A stretch of 64,000 bases of DNA, from NCBI GenBank assembly GCA_905178155.1, contig CAJINV010000012.1, forward strand, positions 3,405,144-3,469,143, written 5' to 3'. The position numbers were made by a program, and so were the translations under genes. Positions 10,848 through 25,400 of this stretch are shown piece by piece. This stretch comes from Amoebophrya sp. A120 (Eukaryota; Protista; Dinoflagellata). How positions within the stretch are numbered: position 1 is the first letter of the stretch; each line of letters begins with the position of its first letter. Under the pieces are notes generated by a model. That model made no database searches. It was given only the letters and a program-made list of their open reading frames with translations, and was not told where the DNA came from.

Positions 10848-13800
10848 ATGCTTCTTCTCCCACCTCACTCGAGGACCCGACGGCCGGGCCGCCGTTGTTG
10901 CCGAGGCGGCCTTTCCTTCCGTTGTGGTCCAGATAACAAGAAGTGCACTCCTACTTCTAGTCCCCCCGCCGGGAGTCGGAGTTCCTTCTACAGCCATTTG
11001 CTCTTATGCTCTTATGGTGCAACTGCAACCACGTTCCTGAGTCTCTTGCTGTTTATGTTTCTGACGCTCAACAGCCCCACGACCATCGGTATCGCGGAAG
11101 GGAAGAAGATGTTCGGGCCACCGCGATTTGGGATGTTTGGCTCGTCACCGCGAATGGCGCAGGACATGGTGTCGCAGGTTGCCGGTACTCTCCTCGGAAA
11201 AAAGATAGACGACAATGTGCCGAGTAGCACGACTTCATCGGGTTGTAAAAACAAGGAAAATAAGGAACAAAAAGACGTCCTTATGCCTCCTGAGATAGAA
11301 GAGGAAGATCGTGACACTTTTCGGCAACAAGAAAAGATGGACATTGACACTGAAGACGAAGAAGAAGAGCCTCCGCTTTCACGCACGGCTTCGACCGAGT
11401 ACCCGTCGTGCAGCCTATTAATGTCCTCTACCGGCGGTGGTAGCTCTACGTGCTCCAGAAGCCGGAGACCGTCGGTTGGTTCAGACGCGGTCTTAACCCC
11501 TCGCTCAGCTATCCAAGCACGGCCGCCACCGCAGCCACCGGTGCTCACGCGGGCGGCTTCCGAGCCGCTGACTCCGACGGGGCAGTGCTTCGGTGCTGAT
11601 GATCTACATTCGAGCAGCACCGGCGGTTGTACTACGCCTGCAGCTTCGGATTGTTTTACTAGGGTTGCAGCTCCGGAGGCGGGTTTAGAAGATTATGGCG
11701 GAACAACTACAACTGAAGTACAATCTATGGAAGTGGATCATGTTGCCGACAAGGACAACACAACAAAGCCTCCTCTCCCATCAGAACTCGAACGCAGTAT
11801 CTCCGCTGATAGGGTCGTACCGAGCCGGGAAAATAAAAGCCTGCTGCGACACATGATTTTAAATGCACAGAATAGTAGCAGGACAATTGGTGACCCCCTC
11901 TCGTCGCCCCTCGCGCCGCCTGCTGGAATGAATCTTAACGTGATGCGCCGCCGCCAGGAGGGAATATCTGCTGCTGGTAACCAACAAGAGCAGCCGGCGC
12001 ACCGTGGTGCTTCTATGAACCGTGTAGCTTGGGACAACTCTAGAACGTCTGGACCGGTGCGGGCCTTCCCGCTCCCAGCTGGTGGTGGTTCTTCTGGAAG
12101 TCATGATGGCGCGACCAGCACTCCAACCCCTGTAGCAGAAGACGCCGGGGGGGTGCTCCAGCACCCGCGAATTGTGCAACCGTCCACGGTGCAGCAGCCA
12201 TCAGTGGCGGCGGCAATGCCTTTCGATGACGACATGACTTCGCCAGAACAACGCGAGGACCGCTTAACAACGCCGCGTGCAAATACTAGATCAAACAGGC
12301 CAGAGTCCCCGTCAGCGCCTAGCACGCCCCCCCTGCTGCTACGAACTTCCTCTGGGGAGACTCCGGAGCGGATTGAGACACCCAGGGGGCGGAAAAAAAA
12401 TTCCGATGGTAGCGACGAAATAGATTCATCGAGGGTTATTAAGCACCATCGCAGAAGTCCGGGCAGTGACTGGGTTGTCGTGCACGACAATAATGGTGTA
12501 GTACAGGAACTACAGCGTGTATCAAGAACATCTGTAGCTTCGAGTAGCACGGGAGTTGGCACTGACCTTCTAGGGCCGGCTTTAGCGCTGCGAGACGTCC
12601 CTCCGGAGGCGGGGTTTGGCACCATTCCCGCCAGGTTTATGGAGCACGACAAAGAGACGTCACTGTTTGCGTCCCGTGACCACCAGTTTCCGCCGGCGAG
12701 TTCTACTTTTAAGGGCGGTGGTTCTGCCTCAAGTCCTGGCACCAGTCGAGGTAGTAGAAGGCGAGGACCACAGCATCATACTAAAACCCGGCCGCCGACG
12801 AGAACTTCTTCTAGTACGAAGCCGCCAAGTTGGTCCGGAAACGACTCAGATTCGACGCTCCCGCAGACGCCCGAGCGCGTTTGGGGAAGGAGGAAGCAGG
12901 ACGATAGTGGTGGCCTTGGCTCTTCCACACACGGATCCGCGACGAGCCCCGAAGAGGACGACGCGAATCCCTACAACCAAAGTCCGTCCTCGCCGGCAGC
13001 CTCGTCGCCCAAAAGCGGGGCCGGGGGTCTAGCGGGCCGGTTTTCGCAAATGAAGCTTGTGTGGCAACTGCCATTCCCATTTCTGGGAGCAAATCGGGTT
13101 CCTCCTCCAGTTGCTGGCGTTTATACTGGAGGACGAGAAGACAGCAGTTGTCAAGAAGTCACAGCCATGCCGATTGACGTTGACGAGGAGGAGACGATCG
13201 CCAAGAAAATTGATGCCCAGCTTTTGCCGCCCGGTAGCTTCTTCCCATGCCCACCTCCAAATTTGGGAGCAACAGCAAGCGAAATCAAGAACATCAGCGA
13301 CCACCTTGCAGCGCCGCCCCGCGGGGGCCCCTCCTCGTCGGTTGTTCCACGTGCTTTATTTTCCGAGGAAGATGATGATGAAATGGAAATCAGAAAGCCG
13401 AAGAGCTTTCAGCGAAATACGGCGGAAAAGCAGAGGCGCTCAATGTCGCGTTCGCTTCCGGTTGTAGGAGATCTCGCAGCAGGAGGTATTGCAAGTACCG
13501 AAAGAACTGCTGATGAGGCAACGAAGGCTCTGCGTCGAGAAGAAGTAGAGGCTGCCTGCCCTGAGGAAGTAAGAGGCGTTTTCTGCGTTGCCTCTCCATC
13601 TCCTCCTTGGCTGAATGTAGAATGCGCAACTGGCGACCTCTCACGACAGAAGGCCTGTCGGATGTGTAGGCCAGAACTGTCTGTGCCTCGTCCAGAGGAA
13701 ATAAATCCGGGACCGCTCGCTGGTAGCAGCACCGACTTTCGACCAGTAGAACCCGAGGACGTTGTTTTGGAGCCAGAGGACTCTGCCATGGATAGTAGTT

Positions 13801-16800
13801 ACAATTCGACGCTAGCGGACGTTTTGGGCCGCGTGCCGGCACAAGATGTAGTTACAGCTCGAGGTCGTGTTCGGGGGGAACATGATGATGCTTCTCATCG
13901 ACGTTCTGGTGAAAATTCTTCTTTCGCCGCTAATATTGCCGGCGCCTCCGCGTGGCCGTCGGGAGAAGGAGAACTACTACAGCAGCGGTATGATGATTTG
14001 CACCACGAACAGCAGACTACGCGGGAGTTAGTCGAGGTCAGCGCGCCGGGTCTTGGAGAAGCAGACGGAGTTGACGACCTTGTTGCGTATCATGATAAAA
14101 AAGTTCACCGGAAATTCCTGTGCCGGAAGTCGGACAAAGGAACGGCTACGAGCAAGCCGTTTATTGATAGTTCTAGTACATCTTCTCGCGGCGGCCGCCC
14201 AGGAGTTGTTGTTCATCCCCAGCTTGGAAAAAAAACGGCGCCTGCTGGTGGATCTTCAAATGCCTTTTCACCACCTGAAACTACTAATCCGCCCCTGAAA
14301 CTACAAGACAATGAGCCAGCTCTTGCTCCGGCGGTATTTGATAGTTTGGTGGCTTCCTTTTTGCCCCCACGAGATAAGATGCGATTAGGCCTGCTGTCCA
14401 AGGAAATTCATGGTGAGGTGGTCGCGAAACGAGCGAGTGGGGGTCGCGAGGAGGGGGAGCGTCCAATTACAACCAAGTCTGGCGGTGTGGTCAAACACGC
14501 TTCTGACACCTCAGGAGAGAGCGTGGACGACCGCATGATCACCGCCAAGGCCGCTCCCGGATCACAGCTCGGGGTCTCTGTCGCCGGGTCTACTTCCGTG
14601 GTTTCCCCGGAGATGGCGAAGAAAAGCTACGTTAGAATATTAAATATTGATCCGCCGCGGCCGCCCGCCAGCTTCAAACAGGATTGGAAGATATGCATTG
14701 CAAAAGTATCGTACTAGTATAAATCGCATGACAAATTTTTTCAAGAAGAAAGTTGGAATTTGTAATGCAGATTCAGGTAGGAAATCAGATTTGTCATGCA
14801 TATCTGCAATCCATACGACTACGATACTTTTGCAGTGGATAGAAGAAAGTCGTTCGGAAGTACGAACAAGGACAAAAGTCGACGAAAAAAACGGACAGCG
14901 ACAGCACGAAGACCGTCAATCGGAAGAAGCAGGTTGGGGCTGTTGCAAGAGCAGCTATAGGAGTTGCGGCAGCAGCGTCAGTGCGAAAAGGTAGTTGTGG
15001 TGTCTATCATGATGACTCGCCAGCTGCTGGGATAGGAACACAAATAGAAGCTGCTTCGAAGTTGACGTATAATGATGCCGCGACGAACGTATTCAGCCCC
15101 GAAGCCGAAGCCGAGCCCTTATCAGGAAAAAAGCCCAAGCTGCGGTTTAGATTAAAGCCAGGTGGCCCCCGTAGAGGCGCCGCGCTTTCCCCTTCGGGGG
15201 GACGACGAAAATCATCTTCGTCTTCACGAGCCAAGAAGCAGATGCACCAGCGCGATGCTGTTGATGACCTGAATTCCTACGAGGAGACGCTGCACAAGCT
15301 GTGTGTGTTTCAGATCAAAGAAGCCCTGAAGCCTCGGAGCTTGTCCCCGCAGCAACGCGCACTGAAACTCGCGGATGATCCGGAGTTCTGCAAGCTTCTG
15401 CGCGACATTCTGGTTCCAACCGAAGACGAGGTCCTGCGGCGCGTACAGCAGCTTGGGAAGAAGCCCGTTGATGGCACCAGCTTTGGTGCAAGACGTTACG
15501 TTTTTGACGCATCAAAGGCCAGCACCGCATCAGAACATCAAACCCCACCGGTTGTCGAACAAGTGACGGACGCGAAGAGTGGTAGGGTGCTGCAGGTGCA
15601 ACAGCCTTTTCCGCAGCAAGTGTACCGAAACACCCGGAGTAGTAAACACGCTGACCGCGGCGAAGAAATGAGGTCGCGCGACGAAATCTTCTGTGCACAA
15701 ACATTCGTCCCTTGTTCTCGCCGGCTCTTTGTTGAGGAAAACACTGATGAAGATGGACCTCCTGTCGGAGTTATTTGTAGATGCGAGGACGACGGGGTAG
15801 AGAGCGAAATAAAACCTCCTCCAGAGCAGCACATTACAACAAGCCAAGACCGCTACTGCAAAAACTGCTCCGGTTTTCTGATAACATCAGACAAGACCTC
15901 GGCGATATGTTCAAAAAGTGAATACGAAGAGGACAGCACGGAGATGTTGGTCACGACCCCTAAAAAGCTCCACTACTGCCGATACGACATGCGTACTCCC
16001 CACGTCTTTGAATCTCCGGCGGTCGTGGACGCGATGCAAAGTAGCCGGGATTTGTACAAACAAACGGTCCCGCGCGCGAAGTGGGTGGATTACCAATCCT
16101 CTGTCTCGGATCTCGTAGCGTCGCGAAGGACAACCTCACGTGCCGCGTACCTGAATCAGGACAAGCCTCTGCTGAGCAGCAAGAAGCTTTACGACTACCG
16201 CACCTTCCTCCGGGCCGGTATCCCGCCGGGTGATTTGATCCTGTTCACCCGCGTTTGCGCCCCCTGGTTCATGACATCGGAGACGGTTGATGCTTTTCAA
16301 AAGCACAAGGAGGAAAAGCGGTGGAACTCACATTTATTTCACCGTGGTAGAGAACAAGAACAGCCGTTATTTCATCGTGCAGCTGGTGCTGGCCAAGAAC
16401 GTCGTGGTCAACAACAACTACACCAGGGCAGCAGCGGCCGTTCTCGGTCCACCTCTCCCATTTCGGCGGATGCGATCCGGCTGTCGTTGCATCTGTTGTT
16501 GAGAGAGGATCGCAAGGAGGATCGGAGTCCGAGAAGCGGGTACTTTGTGCAGCGGAGTAGTATGAAAAAGGGTAGTACTGCGGGGGGGCTTCTGGTTGGC
16601 GATGAAGAAGAGGACGACGACGCTGATTTGTCCGAAGACGCTACGGAGGTTTTCAGCACGCCAGCAGATGTACTAACGCCTCATCGTGGTCTTCGCGAAG
16701 GAGTAAATTCGAAAGCAGGCCCTCGGTTTTCAAGAACACCTCAAGGTACTAAACACGGAGCTGCAAAGTTACCACCAGAGCCGACAAAAATCTATCGCTA

Positions 16801-19800
16801 CGAGGTGCGGGACGACTATGAGTGGCTCTTAGACTACGCGAAGGCGGGAATCTGTCCCCACGCGGACAAGTTAACGGCCGGGCTGAAGAAGGACAGCTGG
16901 GCCAAGCGACGCGTGGATTTGTTATTAAAGGAGGATTCCGTCTTTAAGCACCTCGGTTCCGCGGCGAAGCGGTATGTCGCCGTGCTGGAGAAATCCGATC
17001 TGTACCGGAAAATCATGTATCAAATGCGATTATATTCTGTCTGGGTCGTTCTCTGGAGGAATGCGAGATTTGTCATCATGTAAGTATCTGGCGAACCACG
17101 ACGCACATGGTGATGGTCTTCTCCTGGAATCATGCACACAGAATCTGAAGCATCTTCACAGATTTTGCGAGATCGAGACCTTCTTGATGCCTACCCTGCA
17201 TAAGATGTTGCAGTCCGCCTGCTAATGCAAAGCAAGAAGAAGTGGGCAACTGCCTTCAGGGTAGTTTATATATGCAACACAGATTTATTTTTTTGTGATC
17301 GAGACTTCGCATGACCATGACTCCTTCTAGAAAACCAGAGATATTTGCAATGCATATCGTGCTGGATCCGGACTTCCAAGTGACTGACGAAGACGACAGC
17401 GACCTAGAAGAGGAGAAAACGCCGCGGCACGAAGTGCCTGCTGATGATGCGTCTCTAGACCAAGAGATGATGATGACCACCAAGGAAAATTCTTGGCCGG
17501 CCGCGAGTCCTTCGTCTTCAGTAGTGCACGGAAGAAGAACCATATGCAAGAAAAAAACTGTGTAAGTGTAAATTTGTGTTGCAGAACATGCAACAGAGTT
17601 ACACCTGTCATGCCAGACAGCCACGAAGCTCTCTTTTCAGGTGTGTTTTGCCTTACAAGCCACGCATGACAGGTTTTTTCTGTCATGTAGAGCAAATTTG
17701 TGATGCTGTTCCTCAAAGAAACTTATACTTACACACAATTTTTCCTGGATCAACCAGCACGACGACCGCAAGACAAAATTCATCCGAATACGACTATTGC
17801 TACTACGCAAGCGACGAGTGCGATCGTCCGCCCTTTCTCGGCGGCCGGTCGCGCCAGCACGACTACGGGCTGTGTCAGATGCCAAAGGGAAAATCTGAGA
17901 ATAGTATCCTCGAGGATTGTTTCGGCGTCCACCAAGGAGCGGCTGCAGCTGACGCGGCGGTTTTAGAAGATGGTGACCATCAAGACCATCTTCTAAGCGA
18001 TGCAATTGTTCGTGAGACAGCCGGCGCGCCACAGGACGTTGCAATGGGCTTTCTCCGTACGCCGAGACGAGATGGCCCCCGCGTCGGTGGTTTGGACTGG
18101 ACCGGATTTGTGCAAGAATACGACACAGCAGAGATTGACCAAGGCGTCGTCTACTCGCCACGGCAGGCAGATGTTTTTCCTCCCCCGGCAGTGGATACTG
18201 TTTCTCAGCGTGCGATGAACAGAACTTTCACTAATTTTCTTGATGAACAAGGTGAAGATCTTCACAACGACTGGGAACATCAAATGCTGGCAGAGGATCG
18301 CCAACAACGAGAATATCAGCGATATAGTACCGCAAGGCTGCACCAGCAACTGCCGCATGAACAAGAGGATCTTTTCACCCCGCGGCACGTTCTTCGTAGT
18401 GGCGCTAGTACTGCTGGAGGTCCTTCTGTCGTCTCACCAAAGCCTGCTTCGAAGATGAGAGGTAGAAGTGCAAGAACCTCCCATTATCGTGCAGGAGCAA
18501 ATCAGGACGTCATCGTCGGCACGCGAAAGCTGCTCCTTTTCCTCGACCATTTGCACAGCGACGGGGTGACGCCCCGTAGACTAGAGATGGCACTGAAAGC
18601 GTTCGAAGACACGATGGGCTTCATCAACGAGCACAAGCGGAAGGCACAGGTAGAGCAGGCGCGGAGGGGGACCAAGGTTGTGCCGCCGGGGAAGGGTGTG
18701 CACCAGGAGCAACTACAACAAGATTTGTTTTACGACATGCAACAAGACTTGCTTTATCACGGCAATGATCTTCAAACCGACACTCAACGTGTTGATCCTT
18801 CAGCTTCCGCATCTCATTCGCATCCTGAATTGCACGACCGGCGGGGACCTCCATCGTGTTATAACCCGTACTCGTATAACCCCCACTGGCACCTGCCGGT
18901 GAACCATTGCTGGCTACACATCGTAGACTTTCAAGCGAGGGCCATGCAAGAGCACGACGCCCACCCACTTCACGTGTTTGTGCGGTTTGCACTGCGGCTG
19001 CTGATATGCATCGCAAAGCTATCGTACTACTAATTACTTCCAGGTGCATTTTGTATTTGTACATTTTTCTTTTCAGATTCTGAAAGAAGAAAGCCTGCTT
19101 ACTCAGCCAGGTATGAAGAACTTGATGCGTCATGTAACTAAGATGGCCAGAATTTGTAGTACAGTATCGTTTTGCGCGGCATATCTGACCTGGCGCGAGG
19201 CTGTGCAGGCGGGGCAGCTCACGGAAACCGTGCTTTTCCGCATGCTGCGCGAAATGGAAGGGAAGAAGAGCGAGGGAGTAGACTCATTCCACCTGAGTAA
19301 CACATTGCCGCCGGGGGACGATGTCGAGGCCTATGCTGTGCTGCAGTCGGGTGGCACCAGCGGGGGCTCCTTCCGGCGCAGGAGTGTGGACTGGGGAATA
19401 ATGGAGGCAAATAAAGGTTGGCAAACTACGGACTTTGCCGAAAACAACTCGGGAGATTCTCGAGCCGTCAAAACATTTCAGCCTACTGTCACTTATATTC
19501 CTGATCAAAAAGCTGCTCTTCGCGATCTGCAACGCGATGACCCCCGCTCGTCAAAGGCAGGCTCAGGGTCAGGGGCCCCGGATTTTCAACATCAGGACTC
19601 CCCTCCCTTTGTCGCCCCTCGTCACGAGAAGCAGATCCTGACTCTGCTCGCCGAAATGCTGACTGACACTGTCCGCCCGCACGAATTTTCAAAGCTGCTG
19701 CTCGTCGCGACCCAGTTTTTCTGCGTGAGCGCGGACCGGTTTCAAATTCAAATCGGTGTTGCCGTAGAGGAGACAGAGACTCCACCTGGTCGCACGGCAA

Positions 19801-20724
19801 TTTTGAAAATCTCCTCGCTGCCATCTGTGACTACACATGATATCGCCTCGAGGAGTATCAGCACGCCCGTCCTCTCCGAGAGAGAAGCCCTTTACTATGG
19901 GATGCTTGACAACAAGCTTAAAGGCAGCACATCAACAACGGAGGTGATGCGGCGAGAAATTATTGGGGGTGCTGCCGTGGTCTCGTTTCGCATCCCGATA
20001 TCCCACCTGCACTTTCCCGGAGCCTACAGTGCTGGAATGACGGCGGACGGCCTAGCAGAGTTCGATTCGGAAGCGCAAAGGAACCTGCGAGAGAAGGAGG
20101 CGTGGCTTCTAGATCCCACTCGATATCCGCCGCACCAAAGCTGCTTCACATCATGATGCGTCCCCCCGTTCTTGGTAGCTTGTTGGGGAAAATGCGCCGC
20201 ACTTGGGGCAAATAAACTAGCTTCAACTTGTTATTTCTGTTCTTGCATGGTGCCAAGCACAGCTTATTGGCTGGAATCTCGCTGTCTCCCCAGATCTTTT
20301 TTTACTATTGCTCTGATGTCAAACTCAAAGAAACGTGATGCGCAAGAAACGCTGTCGGTGCACACCAGATAAAATCCGCATTTTCCCTGATCGGACACGG
20401 GTTCAGCTTTTTGACATGTGTCGTGTATCACTTTGGAAATTGCATATTTCTTTGGCCACTTTGTCGACAAGCGAAAGAAGTCAACTGATGGAGAGTTGGC
20501 GCCGGGCAGCCTCGGATCGCCTTGCCGAACGGAGAAGCGTGGCAAAAAAGCGAGAAGACCTGCTCGAGACTCTGGCACACCAGCTGGATAAGTATCTGGT
20601 GGAACAGCTGGATAAGGATAATTTTTTGGAATCTTCACGTGGTCCTTCAATTTCGAAGGCAAACAGCAACGACCGTCAAAAAACCGGGGGCCTGCCTTGG
20701 CGAATCTCCAAAGATGGGGGCTGA
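10848..20724 (+). CDS. Very large (~2900 aa) unknown, largely low-complexity protein; exons 10848-14691, 14847-17017, 17362-17542, 17757-19004, 19189-20123, 20377-20724
   Basis: Six ORF pieces join in one frame when five TIR elements + 5 nt are removed (8727 nt total). Hydrophobic stretch TFLSLLLFMFLTL near the N-terminus. No recognised domain. Confidence 0.7.
14692..14841. mobile_element. Non-canonical TIR intron (introner), AAAAGTATCG family
   Basis: TATGCATTGCAAAAGTATCGTA...TACGATACTTTTGCAGTGGATA; TSD GAAGA; removal restores frame. Confidence 0.92.
17018..17356. mobile_element. Non-canonical TIR intron, degenerate TGTCTGGGTC family
   Basis: TATCAAATGC...TTGCAATGCATA; TSD TCATG/TCGTG; joins RKIM|LDPDF in frame. 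Confidence 0.8.
17543..17751. mobile_element. Non-canonical TIR intron
   Basis: TATGCAAGAAAAAAACTGTGTAAGTGTAA...TTATACTTACACACAATTTTTCCTGGATC; TSD AACCA; frame restored. Confidence 0.85.
19005..19183. mobile_element. Non-canonical TIR intron, diverged AAAAGTATCG family
   Basis: TATGCATCGCAAAGCTATCGTACTAC...GTAGTACAGTATCGTTTTGCGCGGCATA; TSD GCTGA/TCTGA; frame restored. Confidence 0.82.
20124..20371. mobile_element. Putative old, degenerate non-canonical TIR intron
   Basis: TATCCGCCGCACC...GGTGCACACCAGATA weak inverted repeat. No matching TSD (CTCGA/AAATC), but removing element + 5 nt joins two ORFs in frame. Confidence 0.55.
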
Positions 20725-22468
20725 GGGGCTCTTATGGACACGCAGCAGCATCGGAGGGCAGTACGTAGTTCGTCGACGTGTCATCTCCCTGTAGTTGCCT
20801 GCGTCCCGTACTGCGACGAGGGATCGGGATCGTCTAAATCTCTTCACACAGCAAAGCTGCACCTTTGGTAGTGTGATGACGGTGTACTTTGTGTTTGTGA
20901 TCGGCACCGTCGTGCCTTGCTGGAGTTTTACGAGCATGATGAATGTAAATTGTGTACAACCTGATATAAAGTGCAATAGAGATCAAGATCATGAAATAAG
21001 CCTACTTCTCCTTGACCCAGCCATGAGTGGGGGAACAACCTGTCGTCTGACGGATAAGTAAGTCGCATGACTTGCTGAAGTTCTACTACTCCAGGTTCGG
21101 CAAGCTTATAGTATATTTGATTCAGCATCACGTTGTCAGGGTCCACCTGTGTCACTGTGAAAAGAAATGTGGACGACTAGGACTAGGTACTAGCAGTACT
21201 AGTAGAGAAGAAAGACTTGTGAAGATTAACATGCCGTATCTATCGTTTTTGACCAAAATAAACAAAATCAGTGCCAAAAAAAATAAGCGGGGCAAAGACG
21301 AGACTGCTATACACGACGACTATCATTTATTGCACATGATTTTAGAAATTTACCATCACCTCCTCAAGAAATCATATCAGAACGCACAGGAGTTTAATAT
21401 GGCCAAAAGTCACTTCATTCGTAGGTCTCTTGGTCTTAGGCGGATTTTATCTTCCGACCGACTGAGAGAAACAACGACTCATGTGACGCCTCTTATTTTT
21501 ACTAGTTGGTACAACAACTGGATAGCATCCCCACCACGAACACCCCCCTCTGCTCCCGGGCGTAAAAACAAGACCAGCACGACCTCGAACAATTAAGAAC
21601 CCCACGACTTTAGAAGCCTTTCTACATATTGAATGCGGATTGCACTTACTCAAAGAACAGAAAATGTGAGCTGCGTTGAAACCACAGGAGAACGAGATAG
21701 ATAAAGAACTTGCTGTAAAAATTTTCTCGAGAGCGACACAGAACATAGAAATCAGAAATCCGTGCGAACAGCACGCGCATTTATTAAGTATTTTGGTTTG
21801 TAAACAACTCGAATGTTGCGCAAATCAACTTTCGCTGGTCCTCCGACTCCCGCGTGGTCGCGGTAAGTACTTCTTATGCAGGGATCTGCTTTAATATTGC
21901 CTGCGACTGTGTTTCATAATATGTTCCTCACGACATGCTTTCTGCGTCGCGTTCACCACCTCTGCGGCTAGAATTAATATCTGAGCATGTTGCGCACAAT
22001 ATTATGTTGACAAGCTTACAACACCACCTATAGAACAAAGTTCTGCACCTCGATCATCAGCTTCAGTGGAGGTCCACGTTCCTGATGAAGAAGAAACATG
22101 ATCCATCAAAGTCTGAGCGATATTTTTTTCTACAAGAAGAAGCACGAGATGATGTCTAGTCGTGCGTCAGCAGAAAACTTCGGAGCTGCTTTATTTGCTT
22201 CTCCCATGCCCGTAACGGCCCAGGCAGCAAGTTAGTGCGGCGTGGTATGTAGTGAGGTTATAATTTTCAGGATTCTAGAAAGTCGCTGTTTGGTGGAGTG
22301 AAATCTTTAACGCCGAAATTCATCAGTACACGCAAAATCTATTTCATACTCGGATTTTTTTTCCTTGGAAGGAAGTAGTTCTAGTTGTAGATGCGCGACC
22401 ATTCGTGGTGAAACACAGTGAAGTTCTTAAAAGAGCATTGATTCATCTCGCTTCCATAAAGATAAAAC

Positions 22469-25400
22469 ATGGCCTCTTCCAAGCCCCCAGAACTGCCCCC
22501 GAAGGAGCGGATCAACCAACTCCGAGAAGAGGGCAACGCGGAGTTCAAAAGCAAAGACTACGAGTCCGCAGTCGCGAAATACTCGAAAGCAATACTCGAG
22601 ATCCAACAACTCTCGAACTTGGATATCGGTTTTGTCTCCTCCGGTATTGCTTCTCCAGAACAACTGGAGCAGCAACTGGTAAAACTTCTCTCCAACCGGG
22701 CGCAGTGCTACTCGAATCTCAACGAGTGGGCGAAAACGGAGCAGGATTGCCGGCAGATTTTGCAAGAGCTGAACGACCCGAACCACCAGAAGGCGCTGTT
22801 TCAGCTGCAAAAAGCGTTGAAGAAGCAGAAGCAAAACGACGAGGCCTTGGAAATTTGCACAAAGTTGCGCAATTTGAATGCTACTTCGGAGGAAATCCGC
22901 GTGGCATTTAACGAGGCGAAGCGGCTGTGCAAACGAACGGCGGATGACTACGAGGTAATTCAGGAGGTCGGGACAGGCAACTACACGAGCATTTTTATCG
23001 CGGAGGACTTGAAACTGAAGAAGGAAATTCAGAAGAGGCAGTTGCAGTTGGAGTCGGTGCAGGAGGAGGAGGAAGAGGAAAGAAATGCAACGGCGTTGTC
23101 CTCTGCTGCTCCTGCTGCTGCACAACAAGATCAAGATCGAGCAGTAGATGAAAAGATTTTTCTCCAGCAGAACAGCAACACTGAAAAGGTCGATCACGTA
23201 AGCTTTCTCGCCGGCCGGGTCCCGAATCAAGACGAGAAGCAGCTGGAACCGAAGCAAAAAACCTACCACTTCCAGCAGTATTATGAGACGAAAGTCGCTT
23301 TAAAAATCGCCGACCGCGCGAAACTCCAGCACATGAAAAAAACGCACGAGTTATCATATGTAAAAACGTCTCGACCCCATAGTCAAGTTGGGAACTTAGC
23401 AACACAAACCCAGAAGCTTTGGGAGCAACGCATGACAAATTCACGTCCGTAGTGTAGTGCAGTTTAGCAAGTGCAGCCGCGTCACAAATCTATCTGCTCA
23501 TCCCGTTTACAGCATTACAAATTCCAAAGTGCGATTGGAAATGCCTCTCATGGAGATGCGCATTACAAATCTTCCTGTAATCGCAAATCTGCATGACAAC
23601 TATGGGGTGGGGACGTCTTTACTCAGGATACGAGTTGAGACGAGAAAAAGACATTTTATACCGCTGTTCGCACGAGAACATCATCAAAATCAAAGAGTAC
23701 TTTCAGGACGAAATGTATCGCAAAAAAAAACTGTTTCACTGTAAACTTGTGATGCATAGAACGGAACGCAAATGTGTTTGTCTTGCTACACATGCAAGAC
23801 ATTGGATTTTTAGCTGTGTTTTCCTTTAGGAAGCACGCATGCCAAGTTTTCTTTGTCATGTGTAACAAACTTGTGATAGTGATGCAGATCTTGCAAAATC
23901 ATCACAGTGAAACAGTTTTTTCTTGCGATAAAATGCAGGTCTACATGGTGCTGGAATACTGCGGCGGCGATCTCTTCGAGATGTGCAAGAAAACCGGCCT
24001 GGCGGTAAACTCCGCGAAGTTTTATCTAGCGCAGGTTTTGTGCGGGTTGTCCTACCTCCACAGCAAGGAGATTCTGCACCGGGACTTGAAGGCGGAAAAC
24101 GTATCCACAGTAAACTTCCTGTACACGTACAGATGCTGGCTCTGCATGACAAAACTTGCCTCCAATCTTACTCAGCATGACAAGTTGGTGTTGGACGCTC
24201 CAAGTTAGCGAGCTTTGTCATGCATTTTGTACATGTGCGGGAAATTTGTATTGCATAGAACATATTGGTGAACCACTTGACCGGCTTGGTGAAACTCATC
24301 GACTTCGGGACCGCGAAGGACCACCGAAATCCGGATTTGGACAAAATCGTCGAGACCGGGCCGATGCGGAGGACGTTTGCAAATTACGTCGGCACCCCGC
24401 AGTTCATGTCGCCGGAATGTATTAAAAACAAATTCACAGATATGGATGTGTCAGGATCGAAATCGACAAAATCGAAAAACTTGTGATGCATAAAATGTAG
24501 AGCACTGAAGGCCTGTATTGGGGAGCAGGCATATGAGGCCGATTGTAAGCCTGTTTAGGGGTATGCAATGTGCTGCCAGAGTAGCATGACAGGAGCAGTC
24601 TTCTTTCCCCAAACAGCATGACAGACTGGATTTTGGTGCTCCCGAAATTTGTCATGCGCCACTTGAAAACTGAGGCTCCAACTGACATCGATTTTGTGCA
24701 TCACAAATTTTTTGATTTTGTCAATTTCGATTCTGACATTCCCATAACAGACTACAAGAGCGAAGTGTGGTCGTTCGGGTGTTTAGTTTTCCAGGTCTTG
24801 TACGGGTTGCCGCCGTTTCAGGCGGGTAGCGAGTATTTGGTGATTCTCCGGGTGATGAACAAGGATTTAGAGTTTCCGAGCGAAATGTTGTATCCGGAAG
24901 GGAACGACTTGGTGCGACAGTGTGTGAAGTTCGAGAATGAGCAACGGCTGTCGCTCAGTCAGGTAAAGGAACATGCGTTTTTCAAAACGAGCTGTCAAGG
25001 ACGTGTGGCGGGAAGGGGAGGTATTAGCATTAGGAATACATCAACAACGGGAGCTCCTGTGGCGGAAGAGGAGGAGGAGGAGGCTTCTTTCTTCGCGGCA
25101 GCAAATTTGCCGAATACAGATGAGGACGCGGTTGAGTATTTACAGAAGAAGGAACAGCAGAAGGACAAAATGCAGATTGACACGATCATGGAGGTGGATA
25201 CTAGTCCGCATGACAAAGATGAAAATGTTGTCTCAGCACGACCCGCATCAGTAGAAACAGTTCCAGCACTCGAGCCGCATACCACCTTCAGCTTTTTCCA
25301 GCGAAATTTCGGGCCAGCTCATCATCTCCAAAACCGCCCAATCCTTCCTCTCACCTGGTTTTGCCTCCGCAAATGCTCGGAAACAAGCAGCACTGCGTCT

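Noticed and set aside
14692-14841. Interpreting the interrupted genes as pseudogenes or the elements as ciliate-type IESs
   Set aside because: Exact frame restoration at 32 sites with intact catalytic motifs argues against pseudogenes. The 5-bp variable TSDs differ from TA-bounded IESs, although DNA-level excision cannot be excluded from sequence alone.
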